Assembly (NCBI RefSeq): GCF_001194135.2 | Contig: NC_068987.1 | Span: 49,105,533 to 49,169,532, forward strand | Source: Octopus bimaculoides | Lineage: Eukaryota | Reading direction: 5' to 3' | DNA length: 64,000 bases | Part shown: piece after piece, positions 12,069-22,770 of the stretch | Layout: each line of letters opens with the position of its first letter | How positions within the stretch are numbered: the first letter of the stretch is position 1 | The notes under the pieces: generated by a model | What the model was told of the DNA's origin: nothing | Databases searched by the model: none | The model's input: only the letters and a program-made list of their open reading frames with translations | Program-made: the position numbers and the translations under genes

Positions 12069-12648
12069 NNNNNNNNNNNNNNNNNNNNNNNNNNNNNNNN
12101 NNNNNNNNNNNNNNNNNNNNNNNNNNNNNNNNNNNNNNNNNNNNNNNNNNNNNNNNNNNNNNNNNNNNNNNNNNNNNNNNNNNNNNNNNNNNNNNNNNNN
12201 NNNNNNNNNNNNNNNNNNNNNNNNNNNNNNNNNNNNNNNNNNNNNNNNNNNNNNNNNNNNNNNNNNNNNNNNNNNNNNNNNNNNNNNNNNNNNNNNNNNN
12301 NNNNNNNNNNNNNNNNNNNNNNNNNNNNNNNNNNNNNNNNNNNNNNNNNNNNNNNNNNNNNNNNNNNNNNNNNNNNNNNNNNNNNNNNNNNNNNNNNNNN
12401 NNNNNNNNNNNNNNNNNNNNNNNNNNNNNNNNNNNNNNNNNNNNNNNNNNNNNNNNNNNNNNNNNNNNNNNNNNNNNNNNNNNNNNNNNNNNNNNNNNNN
12501 NNNNNNNNNNNNNNNNNNNNNNNNNNNNNNNNNNNNNNNNNNNNNNNNNNNNNNNNNNNNNNNNNNNNNNNNNNNNNNNNNNNNNNNNNNNNNNNNNNNN
12601 NNNNNNNNNNNNNNNNNNNNNNNNNNNNNNNNNNNNNNNNNNNNNNNN

Positions 12649-12692
<44 letters not shown>

Positions 12693-12757
12693 CCACCACC
12701 ACCACCACCACCATCATCATCACTACCACCACCACCACCACCATCATATTCGCCATT

Positions 12758-12769
<12 letters not shown>

Positions 12770-12796
<27 letters not shown>

Positions 12797-13330
12797 TAAC
12801 ATCCGTTTTCCATGCTAGCATGGGTTGGATGGTTTAACAGGAACTGACCAGCTGGAGAGCAGCCCAGGCTCCATGTTTACTTTGGCATGGTTTCTAATGG
12901 CTGGATGTCCTTCCTAATGCCAACCACTTCACAGAGTGTCCTGGGTGTTTTTACATGGCACTGGCGCTGACACTTTTACATGGCACTAGCATGGGGTCTT
13001 TTACATGGCACTGGCATGCGTGCTATTTATGTGGCACAAGGACCCATGAGCTAGCAGGGTTAAAATCACTCAACTGAAGAGGGATGTAAGGGACATGCCC
13101 TGTATGCTAGGACAGCCACGATTTTACTTAGCTTGACATGTCTTCTTAAGCACAGCAAACTGCCAGAAGTTTTGATCCTTTGTCATCCACTCTGTGAGGC
13201 CCAATATCTGAAGATCCTTTCTTGCTATTTCATCTCGTGTCTTCCTGGATCTACCCCTTTCACACATTCTCTCCACAGTTAGAGACTGGTACTTCTTGAT
13301 GCAGCTGTCCTCATCCATACACATCACATC
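12770..13330 (-). mobile_element. RTE LINE 3' tail plus ORF end
   Basis: Tail consensus plus a frame reading DEDSCIKKYQSLTVE...RGRSRKTRDE...DL. Confidence 0.85.
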
Positions 13331-13747
13331 CTCTTTTACAGTTTTATAAGCATAGTCATTTCCCTCTCTCCTTTCTTTTCACGAAGGTAAATCTGATTAC
13401 TTAGCCTCTTTTCTATATAACAATGACCTTCTATCTTATTGAATGGTGATTAGTCATATATTCTTCGTTGACTATTCATAATGTTAGGTAAGTTGTGTGT
13501 GAAAAGAATGACTTTACTAAAGAATCATTGAGTCATCAGCTATTTTAGTTACCTGTCAAAACATTCATAAAACAGCAAGCATAATAGTTAGGAGCCTTCT
13601 GTAGTGCATCTTGTTAGATAATAATATGAAACTAATACAAGGAATTTAAATCACAGCATACTCAACACTTCAAGTTAAGGTCTGCACCTTTTGTCAAGTA
13701 CAACATGTTACATTTTGAAAAGTGAAAGAGGGAGAGACCAACTCATT

Positions 13748-14137
13748 GACAGATTTTCACAGGGCACTCAGTGGCTCTCTGATCTGAAGTTGTATTTGCC
13801 AGCTTTTTATAGCAATAAACCATATTTCTAGAAATCTTCAAAATCGTTCAGTGGAAAAACTTGCACACTTCCTTTGAACACCACATCAACAATAATAAGT
13901 CAGCTTGTGCTGATTGGTCAAGTCATATTCCCATAAGAATTGATAATTTTTTTATGCTCTCACTTTTTCTTTTATGGAGATACATTGTGTTGTTGTTCTG
14001 GATTGAGAAAATCTGAAAGCTATGGTTTCCACTGAACAGTTTTACCAAAGATTCTAGAAAGACAGCTTATAGCTATAAAAAGCTGGCAAATACAATCTCA
14101 GATCAGAGAGCTGCCGAGCCCTCTATTAGAATCTGTT
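13748..14137. mobile_element. Fold-back / MITE-like element with ~100-bp inverted arms
   Basis: CTCTCTGATCTGAAGTTGTATTTGCCAGCTTTTTATAGC (left) versus GCTATAAAAAGCTGGCAAATACAATCTCAGATCAGAGAG (right). Confidence 0.7.
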
Positions 14138-14341
14138 ACTTGTCTCAGAGGCCTCTCTACAAACTAATCAATCTGTATAAATTAGTTAATAAATGAAAAT
14201 ATCTGAATAATATATATATGTCAAAATAGCAAATGGCAGAAAATTGTGAAACACTAGTATTTACAAAATTTATTATTTATTGTGTTGGGTTTGAATCTTA
14301 CTAGCAGTCATTTTGTTTTTATTATTTATTTATTTAGGGAT

Positions 14342-14420
14342 TACCATATATACTCGTGTAAAAGTTGAATTTTTTAGACCATTTTTATGGGCTCAACTAT
14401 TATGTGGATACTACTTTTGA
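14342..14420 (+). mobile_element. pogo/Tigger-type terminal inverted repeat remnant
   Basis: TACCATATATACTCGTGTAAAAG matches the TACCGTATATACTCG-type pogo terminus. Confidence 0.5.
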
Positions 14421-14691
14421 GGGGCTGAAATTCAAGCTAGAATCCAAAGTACTGTATCAGCAACAGAAACCCAACTGATCTCTAAGTGAAAAAAAACAAA
14501 AACACAATGAATTACAGTAATGTTACCAATTCTATGCATCAAAACGTAAGTCCTAGCATATAACAAAACCCATAAATGAGCCTGTGTAGCTCTTATAAAT
14601 ATTTACACTTACCCTTTTAAAAAAAGTTGCAGGATGTTATGTGCAGTTACCAGTAAATGTCCATAATATGGTGTAAATTGTTAATCTGGAG

Positions 14692-14810
14692 CAGAGATTC
14701 CCAAAGTGTGTTCTGCAAAACCTCAGGGTTCCCCGAAAGTTATCAGGGGTTCCACATTTTTCAAAATAATGTTGAAGGATTCTGTGGCAAAAAAAGTTTG
14801 GGAAACACTG
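14692..14810. mobile_element. hAT (Charlie/MER5-like) MITE
   Basis: TIRs CAGAGATTCCCAAA and TTTGGGAAACACTG; 8-bp flanks ATCTGGAG / ATCTAGCG fit the NTCTAGAN target preference. Confidence 0.7.
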
Positions 14811-15168
14811 ATCTAGCGATTAACTAAATGTTTTTAGGTTTACTGAAGTTATGCCTCTGTACGAATTCATACAGTGGTGTTTGCTGTTGTTCAACAATAG
14901 TGTTGTCTGTGAAGCACATTTCTCACCATGTAAACAGATGAACATATGACGTATATGTTTACTGTATTTGGAGATGAGGAAAATATAAAGGTCAATGGGA
15001 ACCACTGATCTAGCGATTAACTGAATGTTTTTAGGCTTACCAAAGTCATGCCTTTGTATGAATTCAGACAGTGGCATTTGCCAGTTTTTGCCAACAGTGT
15101 TGTCTGTGAAACACATTTCTCACCATGTAAACAATGAGTGTATGACACATGTTTATTGTGCTTGGAGA
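14797..15168. repeat. Diverged tandem duplication, period ~197 bp
   Basis: CTGATCTAGCGATTAACT...CACATTTCTCACCATGTAAACA occurs starting at ~14808 and ~15005. Confidence 0.85.
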
Positions 15169-15604
15169 CATATGCAGGCTTGCAGCATATTGTGTGCATA
15201 CATTTTAGTAATGGTGATGTAGCACTCATCAACAGATGTATAGTGCTCGCTATTAAATGGTGTTTTACTATAAGCACCAAGCATTCCATTATAAGCACCA
15301 ACCATTCCACCTATAGAGCAGGCTACAGCAAGGTAGCCACACAATTTTGTAACTGTTATTTCTATGTATGTCTGTATGTATGTATGTACGTATGTATGTA
15401 TGGTTAAATATATATATATGTATGTATGTATGTAATAATGTATGTATATATATATAGATGTATGTTTGTGTGATTGTATATAGGTATGTACGTACACATA
15501 TGTATATATATATATATATATATANNNNNNNNNNNNNNNNNNNNNNNNNNNNNNNNNNNNNNNNNNNNNNNNNNNNNNNNNNNNNNNNNNNNNNNNATAT
15601 ATAT

Positions 15605-16490
15605 CATCATCATCGTCGTCATTGTTGTTTAATGTCTGCTTTCCATGCTGGCATGGGATGGACGGTTTGACTGAGGGCTGGCTAGCCAGAAGTCCATACC
15701 CGGCTCCAATCTGATCTGGCAAAGTTTCTAACACCAACCACTCTGCGAGGGTAGTGGGTGCTTTTTACGTGTCACTGGCACAAGGGCCAATCAAGCAGTA
15801 CTGGCATCAACCACACTTGAATGGTACTATTTACATGCCACTGGCATGGGAGCCTGTCAGTGGCACTGGCAATGATCATGCTTGAATGGCGCTTTTAATG
15901 TGCCACTGGCACAGGTGCCAATCAAGCAGTACTGTCATTGGCCATGACAATGATTTCGCTTGCCTCAACAGGTCTTTGCAAGTGCAATTTATTGCCCAAT
16001 GATTGAAGGGTACTCTTAAATGGGCTGGTTATGCTGCACTGGCATAGGCCACGATTACGGTCTCACCTGGCTAGCCGGGTCTTCTCAAGCACAGCATATC
16101 TCCAAAGGTCTCGGTCACTTGTCATTGCCTTGGTGAGGCCCAATGTTTGAAGGTCATGCTTCACCACCTCATCCCAGGTCTTCCTTGGTCTACCTCTTCC
16201 ACAGCTAGGATGTGACACTTTTTTACACAGCTGTCCTCATCCATACACAACACATGACCATACCAGTCATCTCTCTTGCACACTACATCTGATGCTTCTT
16301 AAGTCCAACTTTTCTCTCAGAGCATTTATACTCTGTCATGTATACACACTGACATTACACATCCAGCGGAGCATACTGGCTTCATTCCTTGAAAGCTTAT
16401 GCATGCCCTCAGCAGTCATGGCCCATGTTTCATTGCCATGTAGCATGGCTGTTCGCACACATGCGTCATACATTCTACCTTTTACTCTGA
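15605..16490 (-). mobile_element. RTE LINE 3' fragment (3 copies of the 66-bp unit)
   Basis: Tail plus degenerate ORF end; antisense peptide matches the other RTE copies. Confidence 0.85.
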
Positions 16491-16821
16491 GCTAGAGGCT
16501 CTCTCTCTCTCTCTCTCNNNNNNNNNNNNNNNNNNNNNNNNNNNNNNNNNNNNNNNNNNNNNNNNNNNNNNNNNNNNNNNNNNNNNNNNNNNNNNNNNNN
16601 NNNNNNNNNNNNNNNNNNNNNNNNNNNNNNNNNNNNNNNNNNNNNNNNNNNNNNNNNNNNNNNNNNNNNNNNNNNNNNNNNNNNNNNNNNNNNNNNNNNN
16701 NNNNNNNNNNNNNNNNNNNNNNNNNNNNNNNNNNNNNNNNNNNNNNNNNNNNNNNNNNNNNNNNNNNNNNNNNNNNNNNNNNNNATGCCCATGAGTATAT
16801 AGACATTTTCAGATTTATCGT

Positions 16822-16886
16822 ACATCATGCTGATGATTGGCAAAGAATAGTTTTATATTCTTAACCATGAAACGTCGTACATGATT
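16822..16886 (+). ncRNA. Degenerate minimal hammerhead ribozyme motif
   Basis: CTGATGA (16830-36), T-TGG...CCA-T stem II, GAAA (16869-72), CG-TC with GUC triplet; stem I ATCATG/CATGAT offset by 3 nt. Confidence 0.45.
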
Positions 16887-17674
16887 AACTAAAGGCAGGT
16901 TTGTTTTTATTTTCTCTTCTGTTCTTTGTTCTATGTGTGCCATAAATATCGCCATCCGTTAGAGAAAAATTTGTAGTTTAGAATCAGTAGTTCTTTGACT
17001 GCTATTTCTAAATTTTCAGTATGTTGGTGAAGCAACTCATGCTGACCCCTATATATTTATGATTATAAATGGCTTTACCGATACAGGTTTTTTTCATACT
17101 GAACTACTTGGCAAAATTGTTAATTATTAATTTTATTACTAATTGGCAATTCCCTGCCCTATATATGTATGTATATATGTATGTATGTATATAGATATAG
17201 GTATATATGTGTATGTATGTATATATGTATGTGTATTATTTTACCAGTGTAGTAACCAGTAACCATAGACACAAAAAAACCTCAATAAACTGCTTTACGT
17301 AACTTAAAAATACCTTGTGGCAGTTATTCCTTTGAGTTGTGCAGACACTCCCTTATCACCGTCTTGTCATCTGAAATACAGTAAACCAGTAATTGGCAGA
17401 TTGGAGGTCTCTACCCAATTATGCTATTATTAGCAATATGAACATTATATAAAAAAAGTAAATAACTATACATAATGATATTAAAAAAATACCATAATAT
17501 AATAGACTGAATACAAGTTGATTATCCGTTCCATCCCAGCACAGTTGTGTCTATACTTGTGTATGCTATATTGACTTTATATAGAAATCAATGCTTTATA
17601 CATAAAAATAGTCCAAGAGTGAGTTGGTTAGGGATGGTATGTATCTGCATCAACCTTTTTGTTAAGGAGAATAT

Positions 17675-17947
17675 CTGAAATAAACTCGATTGCTCTCACA
17701 AATGAGAATACTAAAAATGAAACTGACTGCTCTCAAAAATTAAGTAAAAAGACAAGAAAAATAATCCAGAATCCTTGTCCAGTACCAGATTGATCCCAAA
17801 ATCTAATCAATTTGTGCCAGTCACAAGGCCAGACATTCCTGAAAGTTTCATCCAAATCCATCCAGCGATCCTTGAGATATCTTGTCCATGGACAAACAAA
17901 CAAACACGACTGAAAACAATACCTCCACCTTCGCTAAGACGGAGGTA
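17675..17947 (-). mobile_element. Helentron-associated (HINE/DINE-like) non-autonomous element
   Basis: Terminal hairpin ACCTCCACCTTCGCTAAGACGGAGGTAAT next to a (CAAA)n microsatellite and (TAA)n; the minus strand starts TTATTACCTCCG. Confidence 0.55.
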
Positions 17948-17967
17948 ATAATAATAATTATAATAAC

Positions 17968-18010
<43 letters not shown>

Positions 18011-18291
18011 TAATAATAATAATAGAAATAATCAATGTACATTGTTGGTTGGTTGGCTGGTTGGTTCACTGGCTGGCTGGTCAGTTGAATTCTCCAGTCA
18101 TGCTTGTATTGTGTAGAGAGGAGTGGGAGGAATAAAAGCGGGATATAGGAAAGGGAGTAGAAAGGGAATGCTTGGTTTGGTGGCAGGCAATGAGTAAATG
18201 ATAGCTAACTCTCTCTCCTCACTCTCTCTCCCACACACACTCATACACAGACACATGCACACATTCACATATTGAAAGAGAAAGTATCATA

Positions 18292-19117
18292 GGAGAAGGC
18301 GTGGCTGTGAGGTAAGTAACTTGCTTATCAACCACATGGTTCCAGGTTCAGCCCCACTGNNNNNNNNNNAATAAAAATAGAAAACATTCAAATCCAATTT
18401 TCATAGTTGACCTATGAAAATATGCAAAACAGGATGAAAAGGTATGAGATGATATACAACCGTTCATCCTAAAGGTGTTGAGATCAAGCAAATGGTAAAT
18501 TAATTCAAAAATAATGATGGTATACTAAGAAGTTCAGTTGTTGACCAATCCAAGACGCTGTAGATTTCAAAAAAGAACGTTGGAGTTATAAACATCAAAA
18601 TAAATACAAAATTCATACCGCAGAAAAAAACATTTAGATATTAAAGAAAACATTTAAAATACAAGATCCTGGTCAAATAGAAGTATACGTTAAAAAATAA
18701 TGCTCTTAAATAATATACTCACTAAATAACTTTAGTACACATAATTTTAGTACACATAATTTAAAATTAGCCTTATATTGATTCGGTATATATAAGTAAA
18801 AGCTTCAAATGGTATTTCAGGACTACCAGGCTATATTGTATAGATAAATTATCTACATTAAAGCTCAATCAAAATTATAACTAACAAGTATATATATGTA
18901 TGTGTGTGCGTATGTTTGTGTGTCTGTTTGTCAGCCCACTATCACTTGACAACTGATGTTGGTGTGTTTACATACCCATAACTTAGCACTTTAGCTAAAG
19001 TGACCGATAGAATAATTACTAGGCTTACAAAGAATAAGTCCTGGGGTCGATTAGTTTGAGTAAAAGGAGGTGTTCTAGCATGGCTGCAGTCAAATGACTG
19101 AAACAAATAAAAGAATA
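18292..19117 (+). mobile_element. SINE family A halves (head 18292-18359; right half ~18900-19117)
   Basis: Matches to the family A head and tail; separated by a gap and unrelated AT-rich DNA. Confidence 0.6.
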
Positions 19118-19282
19118 GACACAAAGGAGGCGAGGGAGTACACACATATTATATAAGTAGTTAGGGTCAATCCCAGCTGTTTCCTCTTGAAACACATCTG
19201 TTTATTCCAGTATTACAATCAATAAGTGCCTATAATTGCTGTTGTATTATGGAAATATTATTTGTGGAGTTATTGTATAAAT

Positions 19283-19420
19283 TTTTTGGTATTATTTATT
19301 CACCATTACGTGTTTCATTTGCTAACAGGAATTAAAAAGATTCACATGTCTATCTAACATGTAAATCTTTGTAATTCCTACTAGTAAATGAAACACGTGC
19401 AATGGAGAATAATACCAAAA
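19283..19420. repeat. Imperfect ~65-bp-arm inverted repeat (hairpin)
   Basis: TTTTGGTATTATT...CGTGTTTCATTT...GGAATT...ACATGT-ctatcta-ACATGT...AATTCC...AAATGAAACACG...AATAATACCAAAA. Confidence 0.75.
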
Positions 19421-19458
19421 TATTTCCACTTTCCTGTTTTGCTATATGTACATATATA

Positions 19459-20710
19459 CAGGGTTTGGACAAAATACTGGAAACACCTAGCATCATAGCA
19501 TCATAATTTTCAAATATCTATAAAACCATCAAAAGCTTGTTTATTTTTATGTTTCTGATTTATTATTAGTGTTGCTAAAATTGCTGTTTCTTTTCAGATA
19601 TCATTGAACTTTCAAAGATATTGAACTTTCAAAGATATATCGAACTTTCAAAGAGGTCAAATTGTTGGTGCTCGTATGGCACTAGCATAACAAAAACAGC
19701 CAAAATGCTTGGTGTATCAAGAAGTACTGTCTTGAAAGTAATGACAGCCTTTGAGAAAGAGGGAAAAAGCTCCTCGTCAAGACAAAACTCCGGAAGAAAA
19801 CCAAAACTTTCAGATAGGGACCGTCGGACTCTTATGTGAATTGTTAGAAAGGATCACAAAAGTGCAGCTCCCAAAATTACTGCAGAACTTAATGACTGCC
19901 TTGAGAACCCAGTTTCCACAAAAACTGTTCGCCAGGAGCTGCACAAAGCCGGATTTCAAGGGAAAGCTGCAATCAGAAAACCACTACTTTCAAAAGCAAA
20001 CGTTGTAAAGCATTTAGAGTGGAGTAAAAACCTACAGGAATTGGTCCCTAGAGCAGTGGCAGAATGTTATTTTCTTGGATGAGTCATTCATTACCTTATT
20101 TCTGATCACCAGCTGAGTATACATGTGGAAACAGCCAAAAGAAGCATTTGACCCAGACTGCCTACTTCCAACTGTTAAACATGGAGAAGGATCTGTGATT
20201 ATCTGGGAGGCTATATCTGGGAAATCCACCAGCCCAATGGTTTCTCTTCGTGGCAGAATTAATATTCAAGACTATTTAAGCATTTTATCTGATCAAATTC
20301 ATCCTATGGTTGCAGAACTGTTTCTGGAGGGAAATGCAATCTTTCAGGATGATAATGCACCAATTCACACAGTGAAAGTTGTTACTGAATGGCACGAGGA
20401 ACATTCTAGTGGAGTTGAACATCTTATCTGGTCACGACAGTCCCCAGATCTCAATATTATTGAACATTTATGGTGCATTTTAGAAAAACAAGTAAGGAGT
20501 CAATATCCTCCATCATCATCACTACAAGAACTGGAGACTGTTTTAGCTGTAGAATGGACAAATATTCCTTTGGAAACAATTCAAACATTATACGAGTCGA
20601 TATCTCATAGAATTCAAGCTGTAATTACTGCCAAAGGCGATCCTATCCCAATATTAAGATAAATTTGTTTCAAAATTTTAAGGTGTTTCCATTATTTTGT
20701 CCAAGGCCTG
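19459..20710 (+). mobile_element. Structurally complete Tc1-like transposon with DD36E triad; transposase inactivated
   Basis: TIRs CAGGGTTTGGACAAAATACTGGAAACACC / GGTGTTTCCATTATTTTGTCCAAGGCCTG with TA TSDs; motifs FLDES, FQDDNAPIH and SPDLNIIE; 36 residues between the second D and the E; stops and frameshifts present. Confidence 0.92.
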
Positions 20711-20726
20711 TAGATATATATATATA

Positions 20727-20858
20727 TAATGGAAACACCTTAAAATTTCAAACAAATTTATTTTAATATTGGGATAGGATCACCTTTGGTAGTAATTACA
20801 GCTTGAATTCTATGAGGTATCTACTCGTACAAAGTTTGAATTGTTTCCAAAGGAATTT
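20727..20858 (-). repeat. Inverted copy of the 3' ~130 bp of the adjacent Tc1 element
   Basis: Reverse complement of ~20566-20696 with a few substitutions. Confidence 0.9.
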
Positions 20859-21166
20859 GTATGTGTATGTGCATGCGCATGCGCATGTGTGTGAAAACTT
20901 CTATAATATAAAATCAACACAGAAAGTAATTTTGTTTTCAGTTAAATGTTCACATTTATTTATTGTATTAACACGAATTTTACTATATTCATTTCTTATT
21001 ATTAGTTCACAGTAATTATTCGATAGGATAAATTATGTTTTTAATTTTAAGTAATATTATTAAATGGTTTTCATTTTTTATTGTATTAACATGTATTTTT
21101 ATATACATATTTTTAATTAATTATTATGTGGTATGATATGTACTTTAATTTTTTATTTTTATTCTA

Positions 21167-21272
21167 GACCTGATGAGTGACTATGTTTTTAAAGAGAATT
21201 AAATTTGAACCGATTTATTTTGAATGGAATTGATTTTATCTGTTTTAATATAGCCACGAAACGCACATAGTC
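21167..21272 (+). ncRNA. Hammerhead ribozyme motif with an elongated stem II
   Basis: GAC-CTGATGA-GTGACTA-(~67 nt)-TAGCCAC-GAAA-CGCAC-ATA-GTC; stem I GAC/GTC, canonical G10.1-C11.1 pair. Confidence 0.55.
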
Positions 21273-21520
21273 AACTTATTACTATTTACCTTTTATGATT
21301 TATAAATTCAATACTATTTACTTTTTATACTTTAGACTAGTATTTTTATAGTGTATTTTTTCTGGATGGTGTCAATGGGGTCTTTCATTGTCTGAATTGT
21401 ATAATGGTGGTTCTTCTCTAAATTATATTTATATATATATATTATATATTGTGAAATTCAATTTGGTATTACTAAATTGAATATTCTTGTACGTTTGGAA
21501 TGATATATTCCCTAATATTA

Positions 21521-21590
<70 letters not shown>

Positions 21591-21677
21591 NNNNNNNNNN
21601 NNNNNNNNNNNNNNNNNNNNNNNNNNNNNNNNNNNNNNNNNNNNNNNNNNNNNNNNNNNNNNNNNNNNNNNNNNNNN

Positions 21678-21718
<41 letters not shown>

Positions 21719-22429
21719 AATAGTTGAATTAATAAACTTTCAAGAGACTGAAACAATTCTTTTTTGCAATAGTGGATCTCAAAACATGATAAAGCTATAG
21801 GTATTAAGAGTAACAGCAAGTAGTTGAAAAATAATATTGGATAGAAAGAGAGAGAAAGAGAGGGAGAGAGAGAGAGAGGCTGAGTGTGTGTATGTGTGTG
21901 TGTGCGTGTGCATGCATGCATGTGTGTGCATATGCATGTGTGTGAAAACTTCTATAATATAAAATCAACACAGAAAGTAATTTTGTTTTCAGGTTTTAAA
22001 ATTGTTTTATTTNNNNNNNNNNNNNNNNNNNNNNNNNNNNNNNNNNNNNNNNNNNNNNNNNNNNNNNNNNNNNNNNNNNNNNNNNNNNNNNNNNNNNNNN
22101 NNNNNNNNNNNNNNNNNNNNNNNNNNNNNNNNNNNNNNNNNNNNNNNNNNNNNNNNNNNNNNNNNNNNNNNNNNNNNNNNNNNNNNNNNNNNNNNNNNNN
22201 NNNNNNNNNNNNNNNNNNNNNNNNNNNNNNNNNNNNNNNNNNNNNNNNNNNNNNNNNNNNNNNNNNNNNNNNNNNNNNNNNNNNNNNNNNNNNNNNNNNN
22301 NNNNNNNNNNNNNNNNNNNNNNNNNNNNNNNNNNNNNNNNNNNNNNNNNNNNNNNNNNNNNNNNNNNNNNNNNNNNNNNNNNNNNNNNNNNNNNNNNNNN
22401 NNNNNNNGGAAGACATGGTTTGAAGTATT

Positions 22430-22770
22430 GAAAACTAATCTCAAAACACTGAATCTTACAAAGGAGATGACAAAAGAGTGAAATATGTGGTGCATTGCTG
22501 TACTTGAGAAGACTTGCTCACCACAAAAAAATTAAGATTCTAGAACATAAGAAGCATTGGTGTAGGTGCTGGTGACACATAAAAAACACTGGTGCAGTGC
22601 CATGTAAAATGTATCCAGTACACTCTGTAAAGTGGTTGGCATTAGGAAGGACATCCAACCATAGAAACCAAACCAAAACAGACTATGGAACCTAGTATGG
22701 CCCCCTGACTTTGCAAGTTCCTGTCAAGCCATCCAAACCATAGCAACATAGAAAATGTATGTTAAACAGG
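22430..22770 (+). mobile_element. RTE LINE ORF end and 3' tail
   Basis: KTWFEVLKTNLKTLNLTKEMT followed by the tail consensus. Confidence 0.75.

Noticed and set aside
8582-17370. Selenoprotein interpretation of in-frame TGAs (CGU / TGUG in 8582-8633; TGA at the start of 17314-17370)
   Set aside because: The frames do not join without TAA stops, they match no selenoprotein family I know, and I found no convincing SECIS downstream.
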